Source of the DNA: Raja brachyura
Lineage: Eukaryota
DNA length: 64,000 nt
Direction of reading: 5' to 3'
NCBI GenBank assembly: GCA_963514005.1
Contig: OY740805.1
Location: 18,104,001 to 18,168,000 of the forward strand
Made by a program: the position numbers and the translations under genes. Below, piece after piece: positions 22,373 through 36,390 of the stretch (positions are counted from its first letter, which is position 1; every line of letters starts with the position of its first letter). The notes beneath the pieces are model-generated. The model saw nothing but the letters and a program-made list of their open reading frames with translations, had not been told where the DNA came from and made no database searches.

Positions 22373-25220
22373 TTAATTCATTAATGCTCGCAAGAATAGT
22401 AATGTTAAAATTGACTTTAGTAAAATACAGAAAACACTTTGCAATATGCAGTAGGTCATATGTGGGAATAAAAGCAGAGCTAATGTTTCAGGCCAGAGGC
22501 CCTTCAGTACCGGGAATGAGTAGAAAGAAGAATTGAGGAACTGAAGATGCTAGTTAACAAAAAAAGACACAGTGTTGGAATAGCTCAGTGGGACGGGCAG
22601 CATTACTGGAGAATGTGGGATGGTGATGATTCTGGTTGGGGCCATTCTTCAGACTGATTGTGAGGGTAAATAAAGCTGGAAGCGAGGAGGGGCAGGACAA
22701 AGTGTGGCAGATGATAGATGATAGATACCGACATTATCGCCTCCTCACCTATGTTCACCTATTACCTGCCCCTCCTCTAAAGAAGGGATTCGGCCTGAAA
22801 CATTACCTATTGTCTTCGCTCCATAGATGCTGCCTCATCCGCTGAGTTTCTCCAGCACTTTTGTCTAACTCCTCTCATCCAGATTCCTTCATCGCCTCCT
22901 CCCCATCCACACTGCCCATACCAACCTCCTATAATTAGTCTGAAGAAGGATCCTTTTCCACAACAACTCATATCCATGTTCTCCAGTGATACTGCCTGAC
23001 CTGTCCAGTTGTCCCAGCACTTTGTTTATTTTTCTAGGAGAAAAAAGAAGCATGTTAAGTTGCAGGAAGTGTGGGGGAGGGAGAATGTCTTTCAAAGATA
23101 AACACAGAAAGTTGGAATAACTCAGCGGGACATGCAGCATATCTGGAGAGAAGGAATGGGTGACATTTCAGGTCGAGGCTCTTTTCCAGCCTTTCGAAGC
23201 ATTATCTGGTAGAATTTAATGAGATAGACATCTGTTCGTGGTCAAATGCGTTATCTGAAAGCTGAATGTAAATTGCACTGTTAAGGCTTTACAATACGTA
23301 ATTGGTTAAAATGTGCAAGGAATTAACATATGGGCTTAATTGTCCTCGTGTTTTGAAGGGAAGCTCACAGCATGTCTCAATTGCATGTCAACCTAGTATC
23401 ATAAAAATGACTGCTGCAGGAATTCAGGTGGTGGTGGAACACCTTTGTAAGAAGGAACTGCTGATGCAGGAACTGAAGATAGACACAAAATGCTGGAGAA
23501 ACTCAGTGGGTCAAGCAGCATTTCTGACAAAAAGAAATCGGTGACGTTACAGGTTGAGACCCTTCCTCACATCTTCAACAGTCAAGAGTGTTTTATTGTC
23601 ACATGTCCCAGAGAGGACAATGAGATTCTTCCTTGCTGCACATCAGAATGGAATGAAATTTGGAGGGAATTAAATTTTTCACAATGATTTTTAACTGGTA
23701 CAGTAAGTCACTTCTATTATTCATAAACCATTTGCTGGGGTATGTAGTAATATTTTAAATGACATAAGACCAAGCCTGCATGAGAAGTCATCTTGTGATA
23801 CAGTTTAGGATTTGGCAGGAAATGCTAAAAATATGGTTCGGCACGGTGGTGCAGCGGCAGAGCTGCTGCCTCACAGCACAAGGACATGGGTTCAATCCTG
23901 ACTACGGTTTCTGTCGGTTCATACGGTTTTTACGAACTTCCCATCCCATGACCGGCGCGGGTTTCCTCCGGGTGCTCCGGTTTCCTCCCACACGCCAATG
24001 ACATACCAATTACGTTAGTAAAATTCTAAATTGTCCCAAGTGTGTGCATAGAATAGTGATAGTGTGCAGGGATCGCTGGTCGGCATGGAATCGGTGGGCT
24101 GAAGGACCTGTTTCTGCACTGTATCTCTAAATCAAAATAAATTCCCAGAAAGCATGGAAAATGTTAAGCTTAAGGAGAGGAAATCTGAATTCACGTTCTG
24201 GACCGTCATCATTTAATTTGGCAACTAAAATGTCGCAACTCTATTTACCTCCACAGATGCTGTTGGACCATTTCCAACATGTTATATTTCTGTGTCAAGT
24301 TTATAGCACCACAACATTATTTTACATTATTTTCTACTGAAAACGGAAAGGTTATTTGGTAGTTTTTGTAATGTAATCATACCCTAGAACATGGGTCTTT
24401 TGCTGATTAATATTGAGAGTCGAGTCCAGCAATACAATCCTCAGGACTCGAGCAATTGTTCTCTTGACCTGTTGTGGATTTATCAGAGAGAACAGTAAGG
24501 ATGTGTATGAGTGCAGTTATGCCTGCTGAAGTATGTACATTTTTGAGAAGGGAGGGAAAATGGGAGATAAAGATTAATCACCAGTTCAGAAGACATTTAA
24601 CAAGGTTACACTTAAAGCGTTTGTAAACATTTGTGAGGTAGGATCAGGTTATTTTACTGGAAGGTAATTTTCCCCGAGTAAATGTGGGTGATGGGAAAAT
24701 TGAGAGGCGAGGGAAGTTAATGGGAATGTGAGATTTACATGGAAACAAAGAAACATGGAAAATACTGTAGGTGCAGGAAGAGGCCATTCGGCCCTTCGAA
24801 CCAGCCTGTTTCTGCTCTGTATCTGTAAACTAAACTATTAACGTCTGTATCTATGCAATATGATCATGGCTGATCATCCAAAATCAGTACCTCGTTCCTG
24901 CTTTTCCCACCATATCATTTGATTCCAATAGCTAAGAGCTAAATCTAACTCTTAGTCTTGTCTTGAAAACATCCAGTGAATTAGTCTCCACTGCCTTCGG
25001 TGGCAGAGAATACCACAGATTCACAACTATCTGGTTGAAAAGTTCTTCCTCATCTCAGTTCTAAATTGCCTACCGCTTAGTTTTAAACTGACCCCTGGTT
25101 CTGGACTCCCGCAACATTTGGAACAGTTTTGTGTGGGATTAGTGCTTGACCGCTCGCACAGACACAAGTTTCCGTGTTCGATGACTTTATTTTCATCAGT
25201 ATTTTGATACAGACGTTAAT

Positions 25221-25540
25221 AGTTTAGTTTAGAGATACAGAACAGAAACAGGCCCTTCGGCCGACCGAGTCCGCACCGGCCAGCGATTACCGCACTATCG
25301 CCACTTTACACACACATACACGCACACACTAGGGACAATCTGATATTTACACCAAGCCCATTAATCTACAAACCTGTACGTCTTTGGAGTGTGGGAGGAA
25401 ATCAAAGGTCTTGGAGGAAACCCATGCGGGTCACTGGGAGAATGTACAAACTCCATACAGACAGCACCTGTAGTCAGGATCGAACCCGGGTCACTGGCGC
25501 TGTCAGGCAGTAACTCTACCTCTACTGCACCGTGCCGCCC
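25221..25540 (-). mobile_element. HE1-type SINE
   Basis: Full-length reverse-complement copy with (GTTTA)n at the left end. Confidence 0.9.
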
Positions 25541-26697
25541 ATAATAATGCTGCCCACTGGAACAGTTTCCATGTTTTTCAATCAGCAATATTCTCACTAG
25601 AATGGGCCATAAAAAAGTACTCCCTGTGGAAAACGTTCAGTAACTTGGGGAAAAAAGATTAAAAATAATTGTTAAATTACATTGTAAAGGACAATGTCAA
25701 CAGAAAACAAATGTGATCCATGAACTAGTTGATCGTTGCCTTACCTCAGCCACCATCCACTGAATGCTGCCACTGAGTGGTATATTTGTGGGATACTTTG
25801 TAGGATTACGTGGAATAAAAACATACATCAATCATAATTGATTTAAATGGTACACAGGATGCCAGGTTTTATTTACACTGTATTTGTAAACACAGAACAA
25901 TGATGCACAAGGCAGGATGTACAGGAAGGAACTGCTGAAGCTGGTTAAAACAGAACATAGACACAAAAAGCTGGAGCAACACAGCGGGACAGGCAGCATC
26001 TCTGTTTCTGGGTGATGTTTCTGGTCGAGACCCTTTTTCAGACCCTATTAATTCCACGTCACCATGTGGTCTATACCCCTCTATTTCCTGCCTGTTCATG
26101 TGTGTGAATGCTTATCCACATATATTGTGCTGTAGCATCTGCATCCACCTCTCCTGAGAGTGTGTTCCAGGCATCTACCACTTTCTGTGTCCCAAAGCAG
26201 CCTCTTTTGCATCGGCATAGACTGGACGACCATTTAAAAAGCACTTGCATTCTGTCTGTCAATGCCCGCTGGATCTCCCAGCTCCTAACCTTTCAACTCC
26301 CCTTCCCAGTACCAGACCAACCATCCTGTCTTTAGCTTCTGCCATTGCCAGAGTGAGGACACATGAAATCTGGAGGAACAGCACTCCATGTTCTATTTGG
26401 ATAGCTTACAGTCCAATGATATCAACATTGTTAAAGAAGGAACTGCAGATGCTGGAGAATCGAGGGTTTTACACAAAAAGCTGGAGAAACTCAGCGGGTG
26501 CAGCAGCATCTAAGGAGCGAAGGAGATAGGCAACGTTTCGGGTCGAGACCCTTCTTCACATTGAATTGTTCAATTTGAGGCAATACCCACCCCTTCCTCT
26601 AATCCGACAACCCCCCCTCCCCCCCCCCCCCCAACACCCGCTCTTTCCTGTCCACCCTGGTGTGCACCTATTCACCTATTTCTCCCACTCTCCCAAT

Positions 26698-26988
26698 CAA
26701 AGATCCTATGGCAAGCAAGATAGATCACTCGACAAACAGAAGCCAGTTACGGAAACATCCTCGTAAAAATAAAAGTAATTTGGTAAAAATCTTCTCCTCG
26801 TTTTCAGAATTTTAATTTATTAACACAAACTGTTCCCCCGCAACGTTGATTACACTGCGAGTCGGGTCGGGTCGGTTTACGGAAATGGATGAAAAAAAGG
26901 CCCTTATTCCGTTCCGTTGCGTACTCCATGTCAGCCCATTGCATTTGGCAGGAGTGATCTATCTTGCCCCCCCGCTTTAGGATCTTTC
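26698..26988. mobile_element. Non-autonomous DNA transposon with 8-bp TSD (hAT- or P-like)
   Basis: TIR CAAAGATCCTA..GCAAGATAGATCACTC / GAGTGATCTATCTTGC..TAGGATCTTT. TSD CTCCCAAT at 26690-26697 and 26989-26996. Confidence 0.8.
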
Positions 26989-29900
26989 CTCCCAATCACT
27001 CAGTTCCTTTCCCCTTTGTTTATGCATCTCCCCTCCTCAATTCTCTCATTGCACTTTTATCCCCTATCTTTCTCCTCCCCCCCCCCCCCACCCCCTTGTC
27101 TCCTTCCACCTTTGGCCCTTCATCTGGCTTTAGATTTCACTCCTCTTATCTCCTTACCTGACACCCTTTGTCTCTTGTGTAAGAAGGAACTGCAGATGCT
27201 GGTTTAAACCGAAGATAGAAACAAAAAGCTGGAGTAACTCAGCGGGACAGGCAGTATCTCTGGAGAGAAGGAATGGGTGATGTTTCTGGTCGAGACCCAT
27301 CTTCAGACCCTTTGTCACCTTTTCACCTCTAGCCGTTGCCACTTACTCCACCCATCTACTTATCAAATCTGTTCTCAAGTCGCACCAGCTTCTCGTTTTC
27401 ACCCAACAAATAGCTTACAATGGCCTGTTTCCCTTATCATCATTACTTTTTTGCATATCTTTCATTCACTGTTCTTTACCTCTCTACACCATTGTCTATA
27501 TCTCTTGTTTCCCTTATCTAGTCTGATGAAGAATCTTGACCTAAAATGTCACCCATTCCTTCTCTCCAGGGATGCTGCTTGGCCCGCTGAGTTGCTCCAG
27601 CATTTTATGTCTTATCACCTGTATCACTTGTCAGGCTTTGTCCCAGCCCCACCTCTCTTTTTCAGCTTTCTATTACAGTCAGTCTGAAGAAGTGTCTGAC
27701 CCAAAACATCATCTGTCCATTCTAGACTGCAGGAGTACGTGCTGAGTGGAAAACATTGCTCCAGATATTACCTGACCTGCTGCGTCCCTGCAGCCCTTTG
27801 TGTTTTGCAGTGCATAGTATATATGATGTGGATGTGAATATAGGTGGTTTGATTACTAGGTTTGCAGATGACATGTACATTGATGGATTCATAAACATTG
27901 AATAAGGTTGTCTATGGATACAGTGGGATACAGATTATCTCGAGAGCTGGATGGAGCAATAGTAGAAGAAATGTAATCTGGACATGTGTGAAGTTGTGTG
28001 CATCCTCATGTCATGTTCTGGTAGGACATAAAAGGTCAGAACTTGAGGGGTGTTAATGTACAGAGTCTCTTTGGATTGCAAGTTCATAAGTTACGTAAAA
28101 ATGCCGACAAGGGTAGACAGGAAAGCAAAGAATGCACTTTGGCATGTTTGTCCGCTTAGACATAGAAGCATAGAAAATTGGTGCAGGAGTCGGCCATTCG
28201 GCCCTTCAAGCCAGCACCACCATTCAATATGGTCATGGCTGATCAACCAAAATCAGTACCCCGTTCCTGCTTTCTCCCCATATCCCTTGATTCCGTTAAC
28301 CCTAAGAGCTAACTCTCTCTTGAATACATTCAGTGAATTGGTCTCCGCTGTCTTCTGTGGCACAGAATTCCACAGATTCACAACACTCTGGGTGAAAATG
28401 TTTTTCCCCATCTCAATCCTAAATGGTCTTCCCCTTATTTTCCTGCATCTAGCCTGTCAAATCCCTTTATCGTTTTCGGCGTTTCCGTAAGATCCCCTCT
28501 CATCCTTCTGAATTCCAGTGAATATAAGCCCAGTTGATTCATTATTTTATCATATGTTAGTCCTGCCGTCCTGGTGAACTTTGTTGCATTCCCTCAATAG
28601 CAAGAATGTACTTCTTCAAACTAGGAGACAAAGACTGCACACAGTATTCCAGGTGGAGTCTCATCAGGGCCATGTATAACTGAATGGACTCAGTCATCAA
28701 GTATATGAGTTGAGAAATCAAACAAAACATTGGTTAGGCTGCACATGGAGTATTGTTTAGAGTTGTGGTCGTTCCAGTACTAACGTTACTGTGCGGGGAT
28801 CACTGGTCGGCTGTGGGCTGAAGGGCCTGTTTCTGCAATGTATCTCTAAACTAAAAAGGATGCGATGAATAGTGCAGAAGGGTTTTGCCAGGTTGTTGCC
28901 TGGAATAAAGGTGTGTGGTTATGTGAAGAGATTGGATAGGCTGCATTTATTCTCACTGGAATGCAGGAGTGAGATAATGAGGGCTATAGGTAGTGTCGGA
29001 AGGATATGCAGATACTGGTTTAAACTGAAGAAAGACACAAAAAGCTGGAGTAACTCAGTGGGACAGGCAGCATCACTGGAGAGAAGGAATTAGTGACATT
29101 TCGGCTCAAGACCCTTTTTATTCAGGTTTTGACCCTTCTTCAGGAAGGTTCAACAGATGCTGGTTTACACAGGAGACAGACATAAAATGCTGGCGTAACG
29201 CAGTAGGACAGGCAGCATCACTGGAGAGAAGGAATGAGTGCCATTTCTAAACATTATCCATTCCTTCTCTCCAGAAGTACTGCCTACCCTGCTGAGTTAC
29301 TCCAGCATTTTGGGACAATATTTGGGGTATAGATAGTATAGAGGGTAACTGCCTCTTTCCCAGGGCAGTGGAGACTAGAACTGGAGTTTTAACGTGATGG
29401 GAGAGAAATGTCAAGGGGATCTGAGCAGATGTTTCTCACTGTAGTAGTTATCTGGAATGAGCTGCAGGGGAGATGGTAGAGGCAGATATAACCACAATGT
29501 CTATACAACATTTGGGCTTTTGGTAGGAAAGTCAGGGAGGGATAAGGGCATAATTCATGTAATTGTAGATAAGCATCTCGGTCAGCATAGACAAGATTGG
29601 GCAAAAGGGCCTGTTTATATGCTGCATGATTCAGTTTTTTTAAGATTATTTCTGTGGTTTTCATGTTGCTAACTCTATTAGCCAGAATAAGCACTGAAAA
29701 TGACTATCAAGCAGGCTTCACCGGAGAGAACACTGCCTGAACCAAAGGAAGTGAGATATGTAAAATAGGTTCTTTCGTTTTTTTAGTTTAGCTATACAGC
29801 ATGGAAGCAGGCCTTTCGGCCCACCAAGTCTGCACCGGCCAGCGACTAACCCGCACACTAACACTATCCTATGGACACGAGGGCCAATTTAACACGTGCA

Positions 29901-31529
29901 TCAAGCCAGTTAACCTACATTCCTGCACGTCTTTGGAGTGCGGGAGGAAATCGAAGATCTCGACAAAAATCCACGCAGGTCACTGGGAGAACGTACTATC
30001 TCCGTAGAGACATCATCCATAGTCAGGATTGAAACCGGGTCTCTGGCACTGCAAACACTAGGCAGCAACTCTACCGCTGTGCCTCTGTGCCGCCCTTATT
30101 GGTAACTTTGTGTGATCTTATTTTGTTTGGATGCAAATTCTATCGGAACGCTTTCTCAAAAAGATACATAATGATGTAGAAACAACGAACTGCAGATGCT
30201 GGTTTGTACCAAAGTGTGTCACAAAATGCTGGAGTAACTCAACGGGTCAGACAGCATCTCTGTAGAAAAAGGATGGGTGATGCTGGGTGAAGCTTCAGGT
30301 TGGGACCCTTCTTCAGACTGATGCGTTGGGTTTGGGAACCTTCTTCAGACTAAACCTGCATGAGACTGAAGTAGGGTCCTGACACGAAGTGCCATCCAGC
30401 CTTTTTCTCCAGAGATGCTGTGGTCTTGCTGAGTTACTTTAGCACTTAGTGTCTAAGGTTGATAATGAGTTGTTCAATCTTGATTTATTTGTGATGTTAA
30501 TTTCTGCATGTTCACAGGGCAGACTGTGAGAGTTAACAGTTGAAAAACTAGTCGAACAGGAAATGTGTGGTATTTGAGGAAGTGTGAATGTGGGGCCTCT
30601 CCAGTGAGATAATAGTGGAACTCCCTGACAAAAGGGGATGTGGTGAACTATCAGAAAGTCACCAGGTGGTTCTATCAAAACAGAAGTTAAATGTTACATT
30701 AATATTTATAGAGTCTGCTCTTGATGTACTGGCATGATGCAAACCGATTTGGCCAGCCTACTGTATATTGCAGCTCAAGATGATATAGAGATATAGCATG
30801 GGAGCAGGCTCTTCAGCCCACCAAGTCCATGCTGAACAGCGATCCCCGTACAGTAGAAATATCTAATAGACTTGCAACAATTTATAATCTTTACCAAAGC
30901 CTATTAAACTACAAACCCGTCTTTGGAGTGTGGGAGGAAACTTAAGCACCCAGGGAAAACCCACAGGTAGAATGTAAAAACTCCATACAGACAGCACCCA
31001 TGGTCAGGATTGAACCTGGCCATCTCTCGTGCTGTAAGGCAGTAACTCTACCGTTGTTCCACCGTCACCCTTTTGTTTGGAATCGTGACAGAAGTCTCGT
31101 CGTGGCGATCCCCGGAACCGACGGCACAATGTACTCTGTGACGTGTCGGGCGACCAATTCTGTCAACATGTTGGATGACGACAGGAGCCAACAGCGAGCT
31201 ACATGTCGTCTGACACACAAGTGAATGAACCCTTGTTAGACTAATCAAATGCAGGTTACGACATAAATATGATGTGATGCAACTAATTGAGAGTGCAGCA
31301 TAGAGAGTGCAGCACAGAAACAAGCCCTTTGACCCACTAAGTCCATGCTAACCTTTTTGGGACCTGATCTCTTTTTATCTTCCTGATATTTCCAATACCC
31401 ACCCCTAGATTTTACTATTTAATGACACACGGTGTAATAAATGGTGGCCTGGGAACCAAATAACTGCCGTGACTCACCTTTGTGGGTGGAATATCTGAAT
31501 ATCATATCATTTCCAAATGTTGATCAGTA

Positions 31530-31820
31530 AGGGCGGCACAGTGGGGCTGTGATAGAGTTGCTGCTTTAAAGTGCCAGAGCCCCAGGTCCGATCCTGACTA
31601 TGGGTGCTGTCTGTAGGGAGTTTGTACGTTCTCCCCATGACCAGTGTGGGTTTTCTCGAAGATCTTCAGTTTCCTCCCGCACTCCAAAGACGTACAGGTT
31701 TGTAGGTTAATTGGCTTGATATAAACGTAAATTGTCCTTCGTGTGTAGGATAGTGTTAATGTGCGCACTCGTGCCGAAGGGCCTGTTTCCACACTGTATG
31801 TCTAAGCTAAACTAAAATAA
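31530..31820 (+). mobile_element. HE1-type SINE
   Basis: GGGCGGCACAGTGG head, V-domain and TAAAC tail. Confidence 0.9.
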
Positions 31821-32169
31821 TCTAAGTTAGCTTGACATTTGGAATCATATAAGCATAGAAACAGGCCCTTCAGCCCACCTTATCTATGCCGGCCAAGATG
31901 CCCCATCTAATCTTGACCCACCTACCTATATTTTAGCTTAATTGAATTGATTATTAATGTCACGTGAAAATGTTTTGTGTGTGCTATCCAGTCAGTGAAA
32001 AGTCTACATTACTATGAAGCCGTTCACAATATATAGATACAGGATAAAGGGTATCATGTTTAGTGCAAATTAAGTCCAATTGGTGTTTTGCCGGTTTCCC
32101 TCCAAACCTTTCCTATCCATAGAAATGTCTATTGCTTGACAATAATTGTATTATTTTATTTGTGTCTAG

Positions 32170-32430
32170 GGCCTCACACACTGATCTATTACTACACCCT
32201 GAACCACGGGAATACTCATCTACCAGAATATAGTGTGGTGGGTGTTCTGGACGGTTGTGAGATACAGTATCATGACAAAAACATGGCCATTACAGTTCCA
32301 AGACAGAAATGGATGGCGGCTGCATTTGACAGGAGTTACTGGGTAAGAAATACGGTTTTCACAACTGGTTTCCATGGAATCATCAAAGGGGAAGTCGCCG
32401 AATGGATGCGGAGGCATAGCAAAACAACAG
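32170..32430 (+). CDS. MHC class I heavy chain exon 2 (alpha1 domain)
   Basis: 261-nt open exon bounded by ctag| and |gttagt, phase 1/1. GPHTLIYYYT..PEYSVVGVLDG..VPRQKWM..DRSYWVRNT matches class I alpha1 (H3, Y7, G26, D29, P47-R48, W51, Y59-W60, T64). Confidence 0.93.
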
Positions 32431-33731
32431 GTTAGTTCATTCATTTGAATAAAGTTGGATTGTGATCAATGTAAATGAAAAAATCTCTCAGAAATACCGC
32501 GCTGTGCCAGAGATCCAGGTTAGATCCTGACCTCAAGCCAGTTGGCACGTTCACCCTGTGACCACACATATTTCCTCCGGGTGCTCCATTTTTGTCCTAT
32601 ATCGTGCAAACGTGCAGGTTTGTTGTTAATTGGGCACTGTAAATTGCTCTTGTTGTGCAGAGATTGGGTGAGAGTGTGGATAACATACTGTAGATGTGTA
32701 GGAATGAACTGCAGATGCTGGTTTACAGCATAGACACAAAATGCTGGAGTAACTCAGCGGGACAGGCAGCATCTCTGGATAGAAGACTCTGCATACCTTG
32801 GGTATTCATTATGAACACATATTCATCTATTCATGATTCATGATTAATTACTTTTTAAGACATTGCTTTTTGTTACCTCTTTGGTTACACATTAAACAAA
32901 TTATATTGAAACCATAACTCTGGACAGGATAAGGTGTGTACAATACATCAAAATATTATGCACTGGGCATAATTTCTATCAATTTTCCATACCTTGCAAT
33001 ATTTATTATTATTTTCAAATTGCATGTGAATTAATGTGAATAAGACATTTATTGGATTATCGTCAGATTGATTGAACCATGTTTATCGAATCATATTGCC
33101 TTAAAAAATATGATGTTTTATTTGCATTAATCATGGTGCGCATATTATCTGCAACATTGTTATGTTTATGAGATTTATGAGCATATTGCCGGGGCTCAAG
33201 GGTGTGAACAAGAGTGAGAGATTGGGCAAGCCAGGGCTTTATTCCATGGAGCACAGTAGGCTAAGGGGTGATCATATAGGGGTGCTTAAAATCATGAGGG
33301 GAATTGATAGAGTGTATGCGCGGAGCCTTTTACCCAGAGAAGGGGAATAAAATACCAGAGGACATGGGTTTAATGTGAGAGAGGGAAGATTTGATTGGAA
33401 CCTGGGGGGCAATCTTTGTGCTCAGATAGTGGTAAGTATATGGAATGAGCTGCCAGAGAATGGAGTTGAGGCAGGTACAATGACAATATTTAAAAGACAC
33501 TTGGACAGGGCATGGGAAAGGTTTCGAATGATACAGTATCTACTCTTTGCAGGGTAAATAGGACTAGCTTAGATGGGGTATCTAGATTAGCATGAACAAG
33601 TTGAGCCAAAGGGCTTGTTTCCATGCTGTGCGACTCTCTCTATGACTGCTTTTGTAGCAAAGAGCCCTGCTGCCTCACAGCTCCAGTGATCCGGGTTCAA
33701 TCATCTCCAGTGCAGCCTGTGTGGAGTATAA

Positions 33732-34425
33732 AGGGCCTGTCCCACTTGCGTGTCCTTGGCAAGCAAATTAATCGACCTCGTCGTTGCGTTGAGGCGCACG
33801 GGCATCCAGTGGCCGCGCGGGGCCGGTCCCACTGAGAGGCGCGGAGGGGTATGTAGTTGTGCGCGGCATCGTGCGGCGCTCCGAAACTTTGTAGCGAACT
33901 AAATCTTCGGGCGCCACCGGCCTGTTGCGTAACTGACGGCCAAAGTGGGACAGGCCCAAGACTCTGGCGCGATGCAACGTCTCACCTCCAGCAGCAGCAG
34001 AAGCAGGCAAACGATCGCCGAGCTCGGCCTGGGGATCACGGCCGTTGCGGTCCGGATCTGCCCCCGCTTCTACTCCCAGAGCGGGGCCAAGAAAATTGAA
34101 GATAGACACAAAATGCTGGAGTAACTCGGCGGGACAGGCAGCATCTCTGGAGAGAAGGAATGGATGACGTTTCGGGTCAAGACCCTTCTTTCAGACTGAA
34201 GAAGAGTCTCGACTTGAAACATCACCCATTGCTTCTCTCCAGAGATGCTGCTGGTCCCGCTGAGTTACTCCAGCATTTGGTGTCCATCTTCAAATGACGT
34301 AACGCGCTCCAGACGGCTGTGCAGGCGTATGAAGTCGCACGCGACCTTGACTGGACCGTCGCGCTTCAACGCGACCACGAGGTCGCTTAATTAGCGTGTC
34401 AAGGACATGTAAGTGGGACAGGGGT
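33732..34425. mobile_element. PIF/Harbinger-type MITE, family B, inserted in a SINE and containing a Penelope fold-back
   Basis: About 70-bp imperfect TIRs (CCTGTCCCACTTGCGTGTCCTTGGCA.. / ..TGTCAAGGACATGTAAGTGGGACAGG). An extra internal right TIR is at 33944-33958 and a PLE hairpin at about 34098-34291. Confidence 0.7.
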
Positions 34426-34759
34426 TTAAGCATTCTCCCTGTGACAATGTTTGTTCTCCAGTTTCCTCCCACATACCAAAAATGTGCTGATTTAGTAGAT
34501 TAATCCACCCGTGCAAATTTCTCTTCGTAAAGGTGCATTTGTGGCATTGATAGAAGTGAGGAAGATCCGTGTTGTTCTCAGGGATAAAGTGGGCTCAGGA
34601 GGCTGTTCTTTATCTCTGGGCTAAAGTTCACAGACTCTTCTTTTCAAGGATTGAGCAGTTTTTAAGCAAACTCACCAGCAAATCCTTACAAATTTCTACA
34701 CCCCCTCCTCCACCCTCCTTTGATTCATCAATCAATGCCAGAGGGAATGATTCAACTAA

Positions 34760-36390
34760 AGCTCCTGTCCCACTTGGGTGACCTCTACCGCGACCCATAG
34801 TCGCGGCAAGGTCGCCACGAGGTCGTAGGAGGTCTTCGTCACTCTCCTTCATGGTCGAGAGTGGTCTCCGCGTAGTCCAGGGTTCAGCTAGGCCGTGGCG
34901 TATTTTTCAAAATGTTAAAAGTTGACCGCGACTAAAAATAGGTCGCCGTGGGAAAAATCTATTTTTTTAGTTGTTGGTCTAGTCGAAGCCGGTCGTAGTT
35001 GGCCGTGATGCTAGTCGTAGGTAGTCGAAGATAATAGAAACAAAGAAACATAGAAAATAGGTGCAGGAGGTGGCCATTCGGCCCTTTGAGGCAGCACCGC
35101 CATTCATTGTGATCATGGCTGATCAATAACCCGTGCCTGCCTTCTCCCCATATCCCTTGACTCCACTCGCCGCTAGAGCTCTATCTAACTCTCTCTTAAA
35201 TCCATCCAGTGACTTGGCCTCCACTGCCCTCTGTGGCAGGGAATTCCATAAATTCACAACACTCTAGGTGAAAAAGTTTTTTTCTCACCACAGTCTTAAA
35301 TGACCTCCCCTGCATTCTAAGAGTGTGGCCCCTGGTTCCGGACTTGCCCAACATTGGGAACATTTTTCCTGCATCAAGCTTGTCCAGTCCTTTTAGAATT
35401 TTGTAATAGCTCCGGGGTGAAAGAAAGTTCAGTGGAAAAAAACGGTAATTTAAACAGCAGAACGTCACCTCTTTCACACCAAGGCATGTTCATTCATAGC
35501 TGGAGAGTTTTTTGCAGAGGAGACTTGTGTTTTAGAGATGGCACCAAAATGACAGCATCGCAGGGGGAGGGCACAACCCTAAAAAAATCCTGCCATACAG
35601 GTGTTGCCCACCCAGGAGGAGGAGTGGCAGGAGGTGCTGCCACAGGAGGAGATAGTGCAGGAGGAGGTAGCCCTGCATGAGAGACCCCTGCGGGGGAAGG
35701 CCAGGGTGGTAATATATGTCCCCACCACCACCCCATCCTTCACTGCCTCATTTGAATGCAGCAAAGCAGCCCTTTCTCCTGTGTCTGACACAGCATCAGT
35801 TGCAGATGCCCCATTGGTGGTGAGGGAGGGCTGGAGGAAGGTTATGCCCTACACCTTCACCAGGCAGCAGGAGGGGAACCTTGAGGAATGGTTCCAGCAG
35901 AATGCCATCCTGCACTAAAAGGAAAATGAGGGGTACAGGGGCAGGGACAAGAATGGCATGCTTGCCATCCACTGCCCCTGATGTGTACTTAAAGTTCCAT
36001 ATTTTGTCAAAGCCCAGCGCCACTCTCTTCCAGTCATCTGGTGTACTGGGACAGTCCATCACATCATCTCCATTCACCCATTGAGACCACTTCTTGTGCT
36101 TCCTCTTCACTATTGCTCTTCCCCTTCTGCCTTTCTTAAAAGGCTGCTGAAGCAAAAGGGCTACTGCAAACAACAGCAGTTGTATTTTTAGTAACATCAT
36201 CCAAACTAGTTCCTTCCTTGCTTGCATGGTTCAGAATGATTTTTTAAAAAAACAACCTGGAAGGCATGTTTTAGTGAGGAAAAATATGCAGACATAACGT
36301 CATTTTATCAGGTGATCATTTGAGCTGTAGACACTCGTCACTGGTCGTTGTTGGTTTTCGGTGTGGTTCTCTGAGGTGGAAGGGGGTCGT
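34760..36390. mobile_element. Internally deleted PIF/Harbinger transposon (transposase plus MADF/Myb-like gene relics)
   Basis: Left TIR TAA|AGCTCCTGTCCCACT. Minus ORF 35796-36227 contains CPSTPDDWKRVALGFDKIWNFKYTSGAVDGKH (DDE_Tnp_4/HARBI1-type first Asp). Plus ORF 35601-35918 ends in YTFTRQQEGNLEEWFQQNAIL. Interrupted by a CR1 3' end at about 35035-35405; right TIR not found. Confidence 0.8.

Noticed and set aside
35796-36227. Domesticated HARBI1-like host gene
   Set aside because: Internally deleted, stops after the first catalytic Asp, and lies within a TIR-bearing element.
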